Assembly: GCA_002189035.1 (NCBI GenBank)
Contig: NEEC01000078.1
Coordinates: forward strand, 1 to 37,215
Direction: 5' to 3'
From: Utricularia gibba
Taxonomy: Eukaryota > Plantae > Magnoliophyta
Length of the DNA: 37,215 nucleotides
Shown: positions 1 to 10,080 of the stretch, in pieces
Position numbering within the stretch: the stretch's first letter is position 1
Layout: each line of letters begins with the position of its first letter
Position numbers and translations under genes: made by a program
Notes under the pieces: generated by a model
What the model was told of the DNA's origin: nothing
Databases searched by the model: none
What the model saw: the letters and a program-made list of their open reading frames with translations, nothing else

Positions 1-379
1 TTTCGCTATAAAACTTGAATTTATTGTGTATTTCTGTGTTTTTGTTATTAACAGTATTATTTACATTTTTTATTCCTAATTGAGACTAAATCTAAATCTT
101 AGTTCTCATCATTTTCTTGAACAATACAACATATATCATTAATGTAAATCCCAATGGAACGAAAAGTATACAGTGAAAGTAGCATAAAAAAGATTAAAGA
201 AAAAAATAAAAGCATCAAATTCCAAAAGATCAAAAAGTAGATTTTGAGAATAATGAGGAGTGAAAAGCATATCTCTATCACTTTGAACACACAAAACATA
301 CATTTGGGAAGCAGATCTAATAGAAAATCATAGTAAAACCATGGAGAACAAAGAAGATGAAGTGGAGTACCAAACTTAC

Positions 380-1392
380 AGCTAAATTTTCCATTGTTTA
401 TCAGGAGCATTACTCCTATTCGGAAGTAGTTTTAGCTTTTTGAGATAACTATTTATGATTTCTGTTTATATTTATGTTTCTTTTCTTGTTGTTGCATGTG
501 ACTTGAACACATTTTGGTTGCTATGTTATGAACGTATTTCATTTTACTTAAGCATAAATGACTAAATATACGTAATGCCTTGAGGTAGAAGTAAGTGTGC
601 ATATGCATTGTTTATTAGACTGCATTAACTTGGTAAATTTATTATCAAATCATGATAGATTCAAAAGGAGTAAGTAATGATATTTGTCATAAACAGACCT
701 AATTAGAGATATGCCAAATATTATGAAAAGAAAGGGTTTAGATAGATTTGAATTCTTCATTTATTAGGTGAATGATTATTAGGTTGGCTATGTTAAGTGT
801 AACAATGATCATGTCACTCCTGAAATTTTTAAGGCATGATATTATCTTATTCTAATTAGTGGTTGAATTTGTTTGTTATTTCTTTACTGCCTTTTATCGG
901 AGACTTGCGTTAATCTTAATTTAGACTAAATCTTTCAATCATGACAAAAACAGCATCAATTTTCACATAACAAGTACATAGCTTATAGTGTTCAACTCTA
1001 ATCTACTATGTTCATATTTTTTATATTATTGATTATGAATTAGTCTATAAATTTATTTGATACGTGAATTTACAATTTTAACAACATTGCAAAATTTTCA
1101 ATTATCAAAATAGCATTGTTGCCGAGGAGCGACAAGAGCAAAGCGAAAATAGATAAAGAAGTAAATAGAATCTCTTTTCCATGAAGTGATTCCTTTAGTC
1201 AAAGTCAAATGCTTGTATTGTATTTTATATTTCAATATTTCAAATTCTTTTTACAAACCTATGACAATTTATAGAAGTTCAATACAAAACGTTTTTCACA
1301 AAACTCAACTCTTTAAAATTGACACTTATACTATGTTTAATTGTGTTATATATTTTTTTAATTAAAATTTGTTGAGTAAACGACACATAACA
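380..1392 (+). mobile_element. Degenerate Ty3/gypsy (Athila-like) LTR remnant
   Basis: 1290-1392 (AAAACTCAACTC...TTGACACTTATACTAT...AAAATTTGTTGAGTAAACGACACATAACA) matches the LTR 3' end at 19885-19991. The 3' ~250 bp is well supported; the 5' boundary is a guess from T-rich LTR-like composition. Confidence 0.55.
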
Positions 1393-1649
1393 CAATATTA
1401 GAAAAATTATGTGTGAGACTAAATGTGAAAAGCTAAAAATATTTTTGAAACTTTTCATGTGGGGGTTCAAAGTCAATGTAAATTATGTTTAGAATCAAAA
1501 AGTCTGACAGGTTTGACCCAACAACAAAATATAAAAATTTTATTTAGATTTATTGTATTGTATCTAATTTTATTAATATTATTATTATAAGTCTCATAAT
1601 TTAGTATTCGTTTTAATCGTATGTTATAAATAAGTTTGATAATAATGAA

Positions 1650-2238
1650 TAGACCTGGGCATGGGTACGGGTCAACCCAAGTTACAGTGAGTCAACCTGT
1701 ATGGAATGGATACGAGTTATTTGTATTCGTAAAAAACAAGTATGAGTTGAGTCGATGATTTTCGACTCGATGAGTTACTAGATAACTCGTGAAAAAATAA
1801 ATGATTTATAATCCAAATTATTCATTTCTTTAATTTAGTTTTTATATTTTTTTCATTTAATATTTATAATTCAATATGAAATAACTTCAATTATATTATA
1901 TACTATTAATCCCAAATATTATAAAATAGAAAAAAAATTATTACATTTTTTGAAATCGAATATTCAAGAATTAAATAAATCATATATAAATTAAAATATT
2001 ACTACATAATGAAAAAAGTAATTAAAAATAGAATAATTATATAAAAAAAAGATAAAACATGAATTGAAGAGTTCATACTCAGATCAACTCGACGAATCGA
2101 TAGTTAACGAGTCAACTCGGATACGATACGAGTTGGGGGTCAAAACCTGGCAACCGTCGACTCGTGAACCCATAATAATACCACGACTCATCGAGTCAGA
2201 CTTGTTACTCGACGAGTCATGACCCATGCCCAAGTCTA
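1650..2238. mobile_element. hAT-family MITE, 589 bp
   Basis: TIRs TAGACCTGGGCATGGGT (from 1650) and ACCCATGCCCAAGTCTA (ending 2238), one mismatch. Perfect 8-bp TSD ATAATGAA at 1642-1649 and 2239-2246. Many ACTCG/CGAGT subterminal motifs and an AT-rich core. An 8-bp TSD is typical of hAT. Confidence 0.9.
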
Positions 2239-3016
2239 ATAATGAAGGTGCCAATATGATTTGAATTAATTTTTTTTTTAAAAAAATCATGTTTATATTA
2301 ATAATTTTATAAAAATATTAAATGATTAATTGAAAATTAATTTACATACTATTAATATTACATAATGATATTTAGATAGTAGTTTTTGTTATTTTTATTA
2401 TAATATTAATTATTTCGTTATTTAGATTTATTATAATTTATAACAACGATAATAAAATATAATTTATACTTTTTTTCTTTCTCTATTGCTATTAGATAAT
2501 ATTTGTGTTTTTGAAGAATACTTATATTCATGATTCTAATAAATTCATAATTAATTTCAATTCTTGAAAATAGTTATCAGTATCAAGATAAAATTGACAA
2601 AAATATAAATCAAATGAAAAAAACAACTAAAGAATTTGATTGTCTTGTTTAAATCTATATGTCTTTATCTTTTTTTTTTTTTGAAAAATTTAATAAACTT
2701 TTTTATATTGTTCCTTTTGAATATATTTTTTCCTAAGTATATAATAATATATTCATTCTCAAATAAAAATAGTTTTCTAATAAGATATATTTTGATAACA
2801 ATCCTAGTTTTTTAATTTGAATAACTTAAAATTTGTTTTTGGTGTCTAATGTAATTTATCATTTTTTTTCTTATTCTATAAGTATAGCATTATATCATAT
2901 ATGTTTTATTGCAATGATCATCATCACTTGAGAGTCCTTTGAAGTAAAAGTAATTGAAACTTGGAGAATCATATCAACTATAAAAAAATACATACGCAAA
3001 TTAGGGAGATATTGCA

Positions 3017-3200
3017 CTGGAGATTTTTTATAAGTGTGCAATAGAAATGCATGTGGCAAATAATTTAAATAATCATTTCAAAAGGTTAGGAGAGAATATC
3101 ACAAGTTTCTTCAACTCTCTATAAGTAAAAAAACAAATGGGAACATCTCAAACCGATTTGGGATGCTTGGTACAAGTTGGGAAAATAAATTGGATTAGGC
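3017..3200 (+). pseudogene. Degenerate PIF/Harbinger Myb/SANT-like ORF1 fragment
   Basis: Frameshifted translation LEIFYKCAIEMHVANNLNNHFKRLGENITSFFN / KNKWEHLKPIWDAWYKLGK*IGLG resembles the recalled Myb_DNA-bind_3 pattern (QLKNKW..LK..W..W..L....GLGW). By-eye recognition only. Confidence 0.5.
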
Positions 3201-3633
3201 ACTAAAAACATGCCTAAAGAACTAACAAAAAATTATTTGAAGGTGACTCGATTTCTTTATTAATCCTTTTTTCCTTTTTTTTTTTGAGTTTTAGTGATCT
3301 TTTGGTTGATCATAATGTAAAGAAAACACAATTAGGATGGAAATCTTGGTATATTTGTGATTCAAAACCTAAATCATGATAATGGTATTAGCAATATACA
3401 TGATTTTTTAATATTTATAAAATACCTTAATTTTGAAATAATTTACAAATTATATTTCAATTATATTTTATATTTTTAATAAAAATATTAATATTATTTC
3501 ATAATTAAAATTTATCATTTAATTTTATTTCAAAATATGCTCCAATTTCCAAAACCACAAACTCATTTTTTATATGTTTTAATTTTTAAATCAAAACATA
3601 TTCCAAACCAGGTCACATCACCCAAACCTTTAA

Positions 3634-4384
3634 GATCATGTTTGTTAGGTGGGTATAAATTATTAGGGTTTAGATTATTATAGTTTAATTAATCACATGA
3701 ATGATGATTTATTCAAAATAATGTGTTTGATGAATATGTTACAATTATTTAGGATTAGCAACTTTATATATTTGTTAAAGATGTTTAAAAATGGATATTT
3801 GTAAACAAATATTACAAATAGACATTCCAATCATACTATTACGATGCCCAAGTATAGAAGACTTAATGTGTTTAAGACCCCACAAAGTTGGGTTTGCGGT
3901 GTATGAAACCTATTAACCCACTCTTTATGGGAGCCAAAGGAGTGACACAATATGCTTCACAAAGTGTGCTTAATAAGTAATGAAGAACTTAAATAAGTTT
4001 TCACCTAATCAATCGACCAAAATATGAACAAGATATAAAGATATAAAATGAAAAATCAATAACAAATAACTGGAATGAAAACAAGAACAAAAACTTACAT
4101 GAAAACATGAATTTTTATTGAAATTTCAAAACTTAAACCCAATTATCTTGAATTTACACCAATGATTTACAATCAATCTAGTAAACAATGAAAAAGATGA
4201 TAACGATTTAATATTTTATTTGATATTGGAGAAGAATAATATTATCTTTAGAATGTTAGTTTATGAATGATTTAATAAAACCCATCTAAATTATTATAGA
4301 TAGATTTGTAATGAGATAATATAATACTATGATTTAACTTTTACACATGGATTAAAGTCTTAAACATACCTAACAAACATGACC
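3634..4384. mobile_element. Tourist/PIF-Harbinger-type non-autonomous element, copy A (751 bp)
   Basis: TIRs GATCATGTTTGTTAGGT (3634) and ACCTAACAAACATGACC (ends 4384). 3-bp TSD TAA at 3631-3633 and 4385-4387. A second copy lies at 9370-10080. Confidence 0.8.
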
Positions 4385-4595
4385 TAAATTATATTAAATA
4401 TGGGTAGGATTTATTTAACCATTAGTTAATTTAAGTCTTTTTAAAAAAAAATTACGTCAGACTATTTGATGATTAAATAACCCATCTTCCAAAACAAAAG
4501 AGAAATCTAAATTGGGGGTGATCACACTATTTTCAAGAGACTGGCCATCCCTCCTATTTCTCAAATGAGTCTAAATTAAAGTTCCCGTACATGAG

Positions 4596-4673
4596 GCAGC
4601 GTCAGGATATCAATAAGCTAAAGTGCCTCATCGGCCATCTGGCCTCAAACAAATTAACCTCATCATTCTCTGC
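4596..4673 (-). ncRNA. Box C/D snoRNA, predicted guide for 25S rRNA Um in CAUAU(m)CAAUAAGC (about U44, Arabidopsis numbering)
   Basis: Minus strand: GCAG stem, box C ATGATGA (4666-4660), D' TTGA, C'-like GATGA, guide GCTTATTGATAT(C) next to box D CTGA (4605-4602), closing CTGC stem. The 12-nt guide is complementary to the conserved LSU 5' sequence AUAUCAAUAAGC. Confidence 0.85.
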
Positions 4674-4787
4674 ACTTCAAACAGAATCAATCTTGGAAGA
4701 AGAAGAGCAACATGAAACAATCAGGTTAAGGCTTAGACCTGTGCTTGCTTTCAACGAGATTAGGAATGTGGGGGACGGAAGCGTCGA

Positions 4788-4861
4788 CAAGATCAGTTAG
4801 AGCTAATACATATTTAACAGCCATCATACTTGGCTATCAAACAAGGATTAACATCATCTCA
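4788..4861 (-). ncRNA. Box C/D snoRNA, snoR18/U44-like copy B (18S Am in CUAGA(m)GCUAAUAC)
   Basis: Minus strand: box C ATGATGT (4857-4851, one mismatch), D' TTGA, C' ATGATGG, guide TGTATTAGCTCTA before box D CTGA (4796-4793). The D+5 rule points to the A equivalent to human 18S Am166. The family name is from recall. Confidence 0.85.
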
Positions 4862-4975
4862 GTGTCTCCGCTACCCTTATTGCATTCTTTGGGAAGAAGG
4901 TTTTTTTTTTTTTCAGTCAAAAGCCTTTGAAAACGACGACGACGACGCCGGAGATGTGGGATATGAAGCTTGTGG

Positions 4976-5047
4976 AAAATCAGCTAGAGCTAATACATGT
5001 TGTAAGCCATCATCTTTGGCTGTCAAACAAGATACTTCATCATCTCA
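4976..5047 (-). ncRNA. Box C/D snoRNA, snoR18/U44-like copy A
   Basis: Minus strand: box C ATGATGA (5043-5037), D' TTGA, C' ATGATGG, guide TGTATTAGCTCTAG directly before box D CTGA (4983-4980). Paralog of 4788-4861. Confidence 0.88.
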
Positions 5048-5204
5048 AACTAACATACCCACATACCGGCTAAAAATCGAAACACGAAACGGAAAGGATG
5101 AGTTGGAGGAGGAGATTCCACGAAGGCCGTCTCTGGAGAACGGCGGATGCAACAGAGAAATACTGTGAAATGAGAGCTAGGGCAAAGGTATTAATTTGTA
5201 CGCC

Positions 5205-5255
5205 CAATTTGCATGGGCCGGGCTACGGAAAAGAGGTGTAAAAGCCCAATGGAAA
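5205..5255 (-). promoter_or_regulatory. Site II (TCP-type) motifs, probable promoter of the snoRNA cluster
   Basis: TGGGCC near 5214 and AGCCCA near 5243, about 170-200 bp upstream of the first snoRNA. Site II motifs are typical of plant snoRNA and ribosomal protein promoters. Confidence 0.5.
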
Positions 5256-5592
5256 CAAATCGGGTGGCGTGATCGGACCGAATCAGCCCGAACCGGATAC
5301 AAACCCTCTCGTCTTTTATAATTTATTATTATTAAATCACCTATTTTCAAATATAGTAAGTAGACTTAATCTGAAAAAGGAAAGAAAAGAAACTGCTTCT
5401 TCAGCGTAAACATATCACAAAATGAACCAACCCATAAGATTGGAATCAGGTACCAAGTCAGATTCTGGATGTTGCGTTGGACGAGGCTTCTTGGTGTTTG
5501 GACAAGAGGTGGTGGACTGAATGAATTTTCTGTAAACCTTTTCATGGATGATGAAGAGCGGGCAAGCACGGCGGCGGCGGCGTCGTTGATTC

Positions 5593-7019
5593 TCAGGACT
5601 CGCTTCCGTGAATCTTCTTCTGCACCCACGACGGCGAGAGCACAGGGCTTATCTTGACCTCCGAGGGGTTCCCCAGCCCCACCGAACAATCATTTTCATC
5701 GCCTTCGTTGTCCTCACCCTGACTCTCCAAACCTTGAGCGTCTGATCCACACTCGCACTGTACACCAACAGACTCCTCACCATATCCACCACCCCTGCCG
5801 TCGTCTCCATCGCCGCCGCCAGACACTTCACCGGCCCGTGGTGCCCGTCGATCACTACGAGGCAGGCATGAAACGCGTTCCCGTCATCCCGCTTCCATAT
5901 CCGAATCGTCGAATCCTCGGATCCGCTCAGAATCATCTCCTCGACTGTGACCAAACAGAGGACCGAAAAATGGTGCCCTTGTAAGAACCCTGCGTGATTG
6001 TATCGCCCTGAATTCTTCTCCTTCTCCCAGAAATTGATCAGCCCGTCTGAGGATCCGGAGTAGAGAAAGTGAGAGGAATTGCTGCAGCTGAGAGCGAGGG
6101 CATTGACAGGGGAAGGCTGGAATTTCAAGGTCATTGTGAGAATATGAGGGAACTCACGCATCACCCTCCTCCAGATTTTGACAGTTCCATCTGAGGAGCA
6201 GGTGAAAACGCATCCATCGAACTGGTTCAGGACGATGGCGTTGACATTCCCATCGTGAGCGACGAAGGAGTCGACGCAGGCTTTCTCCATCAGCTTCCAC
6301 ACTTTGACGGAGTGATCCCACGACCCTGTGTACAGCAATTTCTCCACGCTGTTGATGGCCAAACAGGACACCCAATCCTTGTGCTGGTTCGAATTCTTCG
6401 GATTCGAAAAGAAGGATCTTCTTTTGGGGAGAGTCATAATCTTCCTCGGCTTCAACTTCAAGTTGTTCAGTCTTTCCATGTTGGTGATATCCCACAACCG
6501 GACTCTAAAATCGCCGTGCGCGGTGGCCAGGCTCCGCCCCGTGGCCAGAATGGCACGAATTTGCCCTGAGGGAGTCTTGAAACTGCCTGATTCCGTACAA
6601 GTAGGCTGCCCCCAGGCTTGAACTTTGCAGCTACTCGACCCGGTGAAGATGTAGTCTTTATTCACCGCCAGACATGAGATACTGGTGTCGCTCCAGTGGA
6701 GTGAGGCTAGGCAGTGGTATGGAAGCGGGCGTGGCCGCGACGGCGACGTGTTCCCCGGCGCCGGAGACCTCGTCCAAGGCGGGAAACCAGAGGCGGATGA
6801 GACGCAGGACGTCCTGGCGGAAGAGAGCTGCGATTCGGGTTCCCTGTTGATCTCGAAGGAGAATCTCCTGCCTGGTGCGAAGTTCATGCCTCTGCCGTCG
6901 CCGTCCATCTGGGCTCGTTTCTCAGAGGAACTTGAGATCCATGAGCAGGGAAGCTGCCAATTAAGTGAGTTCCACTTCGGGCGACCGAACTGTTGAGAAA
7001 TTGAATGAATATGAGGCAT
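5593..7019 (-). CDS. Intronless WD40-repeat protein, JINGUBANG-like, with an apparent 1-nt deletion near the C-terminus
   Basis: 456-aa ORF (7019-5649) with repeated WD units (LLYTGSWDHSVKVW, VFTCSSDGTVKIW, LYSGSSDGLINFW, ILSGSEDSTIRIW, VYSASVDQTLKVW). A family-like tail SPVLSPSWVQKKIHGSES* lies in another frame ending at 5593. The real start may be ATG 6908 or 6887. Confidence 0.85.
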
Positions 7020-7705
7020 CTACACCTAGAAGCATACCCCAAAGAAACGCTGCCCATTCCTACGCCTACATTTACCTCCTCTTCCCTCCTCATCCAAAGT
7101 AAAAAAAAAATAGTAAAAACAAGGAACCTACTTTCTGTGCATTTGAATTGGGTGTGTGCCCTGCGGTGCCAATGTGATGCCATCGATGGATCTACGGCTT
7201 TAAGGCGATGGGAAAAGTCGCTTTCTTTTTGTAGTACTTAGTATGTCATAAGAAGGAAATATTGAATGAGGGAAGATAATTTAAAAACTGGACACTATTC
7301 AGTACAATTTTTAAAAAAACCTGGAATAATAGAGAAGAGAAGAGATGAGATGAATTCAGTGTTAGTAGCAAGCAGGACGCCAACTCACTCATTTTATAAT
7401 AAGAGAAATGGAAGATGCGCTCATCTGTATATCAACTCATTTTACTTGTTTTATCTCTTTGTCTGTGTGGGTTGAGAATGAAATGATTTGGCTGATGGAG
7501 GAGTTAGGGGAGGTGATTGAAAGAAATGGTCCCTCCCTAGCGCCAGCGCCAGCGCCACTACGTGCACGCAATTCATTCGGGTTGGGTTGGCTGCACTTAC
7601 TTTTGCATCCGCCTGGGCGTGTTAAATACTGCGCCTGCGGAGTCTGAACTGAACCCCCTCCCCTTCTCCACCCATCTTCCTCGGAAGGGAAGGTCGTTGT
7701 CGGAA

Positions 7706-7723
7706 CCCAACCCAACCCAACCC
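7706..7723 (-). other. Canonical G-quadruplex motif (GGGTT)3GGG
   Basis: The plus strand reads CCCAACCCAACCCAACCC, giving four G3 tracts with 2-nt loops on the minus strand. Confidence 0.7.
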
Positions 7724-8020
7724 GGTCCTCTTCCAACTGGACTGATTCAAGGAAAGTATTTCTCGGGTACAGGATACTCCTAGTTTCTTTCTAGACATAC
7801 GTGAAAGCTACTTGTAATCTAATTAAAATCATGATTCATTGGATTCAAATTAGATGTAATTCAATATAAAAGAGGAGTTGTAATTCAAACAATAGTATGC
7901 GTTCACGTCCAACCATGCATTTATTTATTTACTAAGCATGGAATTAATCTGATATGTGTACAAATGGGGGCCGGGGCATGATGATGGCGTCTAGAGCATT
8001 ATCAGAGTAGAGCAATATGA

Positions 8021-8048
8021 GAAGGAAGGAATGAATGAATGAATGAAT
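8021..8048 (+). repeat. Microsatellite (GAAG)2(GAAT)5
   Basis: Read directly from the sequence. An A20 run follows at 8173-8192. Confidence 0.9.
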
Positions 8049-9237
8049 GGCATTAGAAGAGGGCTACACTGAATTATCTATCCATTTTGAATTTGAACAA
8101 TGAGAATGTCTTCCCTCGAGACACACCCGTTTGGTTGTCCCTAATATCCCTCCCTATCTTTCCAACTACATCAAAAAAAAAAAAAAAAAAAACAAGCATA
8201 GCTTTGGTTGGGAGTTACATTTTGAACTATCTATCTAAACTAGAATTCGACAGTATTTTTTAAAATTCACTTGAGAGATGAATTTAAACATACCCGTGGT
8301 AGTTCTAGTTTTGATTTCTCAATTTGCTGAAGATTTAGAATTGTCTCTCAACGTATTTGAGGGAATTTTTAACAAGTATACATATTTTTTTAAAAATAAA
8401 ACATTCTTATTAAACACATGTAGTATTAAGGATATATTAGTAATTTAAATGTACAAATATCCAATATTCATCTAATTTAAATTCTAATCCACTAACCAAA
8501 CAAACCATTACTAAAAAATCCACGAAAACTAAAGTAATGCAAACTCATCTCACAAACTAAATGAGTTATTTTAAATAATAGCCATCCTAATAATGTGAAA
8601 TTTTAAATTTTTCACTTTTTATAATTTGTTTGAATAATAACTATCTTTTAATAATAAATAAAAATTCAGTTAAAATAAATAAGAAATAAGTATATTAATA
8701 AATTTATTAAAATTATATTTATCGTTTTTTAATAAATAAAAAATATTAATAATATAATATTTTATATATATATTCATTTTTAGATAACTTTTTAATAAAA
8801 AAGTATCATAATATAGAAAAAAAACAGGTCATTTTGAAAAAAAAATTATTTAAAAATATATTTTTTAAAAAGGATTTTAATAAATCAATTTATTTTTAAT
8901 TTTTTTTATGATTTCTTATATATAGATATATTTTTTTCTTATACATATATTTTTAATTTTTTTCTTATATATATATATTTAAATCGATCAATTGATTATT
9001 ATCTTCATCTTTGGTTGTTCCATTTCCACCCCTTTTGCATTTATCACGTGTCCAAATGTAAGTTACCTAGAATGAGGCCAATTAGTGCTTGGAACTATGG
9101 TTGATGCTTGTAGTATACACATTTATTTTTGTGGCAATTTCATGAAGATGTAGGTAAACAATGCTATATTCTCATTTTATTATAAGATAACTTAAAGAGA
9201 TGACAATATACTATGGAGTCATGGATGTATGTAGTCG

Positions 9238-9313
9238 TTTTTTAGAAATATTATATAAAACGGATGATGTGCTTAATTGTATAGAAATGTTTTGATGTAA
9301 GCAAACTTCACTT
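9238..9313 (+). pseudogene. Possible PIF/Harbinger transposase N-terminal fragment
   Basis: Translates FLEILYKTDDVLNCIEMF*CKQTSL, similar to the recalled motif (EIL.G.D..C.E.FRM). The TGA could derive from CGA. Short and weak. Confidence 0.35.
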
Positions 9314-9369
9314 GAGGAAGTTCATGAACATTGAGAGATTTATGAGTCTCTAAAAAATCAATATATTGA

Positions 9370-10080
9370 GATCACATTTATTGGGTGGGTTTAAGACTTT
9401 AATCACATTAGTAAAAGCTGATGTGTATGTTTGTTATAAAAGATTTGCTAAACATACAATGGTTGTTCATGAACTTCCTCAAGTGATAAACTAATATTTT
9501 AAAGACAATATTGACCTTCTTCTAACAGCAAATCAAACATATAATTTTTATCATCTACTTCATTGTTTACTGGGTTAATTGTATATCTCTAATGTAAATT
9601 TAAGATAATTGTGTCTATATTATGAAATTTCGATGAAAACCTATGCTTTAATTTAATTTCTTCGTTGTTTTCATTTAAGTTGTTCATTCTTGTTTTTATT
9701 TAGGTTATTCATTATTGATTTTTCATTTTGTATCTTTCCATCTTGGTCGATTGATTGCGCGAAAATTGATTTGGATTCTTCATTGCTCATTAAGCATAAT
9801 TGTTCCAATACACTGTGCCACTACTTTGGCCCTATGAAGAGTGGGTTAATGTGTTTTAGACATCACGAAGTCGGGATTGCAGTGTCTGAACACGCATAGT
9901 CTATATTTGGAGTCCATTTATACTCTTAATGTAACCATTGCAATAGCACGATTGCAATGTTTAAATGATTAAATATAATAAAGATATATTAAATAATTTA
10001 TAATATTTGACTACAAATAACCATATTTTTAACATTTTTAACATTTTTAACAAACATATAAAATTATTAATCACAAATAA
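9370..10080. mobile_element. Tourist/PIF-type element, copy B (inverted relative to copy A, one end truncated)
   Basis: Colinear reverse-complement similarity to 3700-4384. Examples: TTTAAGACTTTAATC 9390-9404 vs 4350-4364, and AAGAGTGGGTTAAT 9837-9850 vs 3912-3925. Confidence 0.8.

Noticed and set aside
4680-4785. Fourth snoRNA between the C/D units
   Set aside because: It has a CTGA and a small hairpin but no box C and no identifiable guide.
4797-4997. 18S rRNA fragments (TAGAGCTAATACA twice) as rDNA remnants
   Set aside because: Only 13-14 nt match, and each abuts a box D on the opposite strand. They are snoRNA guides.
4591-5168. ORFs 4591-4800, 4745-4930 and 4830-5168 as proteins
   Set aside because: No recognisable motifs, and they are antisense to the snoRNAs.
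5366-6996. Many 60-113 aa ORFs overlapping the WD40 gene
   Set aside because: Shadow ORFs expected in GC-rich coding DNA. Only 5593-5826 is informative, as the frameshifted tail.
7560-8050. miRNA precursor (miR159/319-like TTCATTC / GAATGAA pieces)
   Set aside because: No mature miRNA sequence that I recognise and no extended stem.
9936-9959. Helitron 3' hairpin (CATTGCAAT-AGCACG-ATTGCAATG)
   Set aside because: AT-rich stem, no CTRR terminus downstream, and it lies inside the PIF-type copy B.
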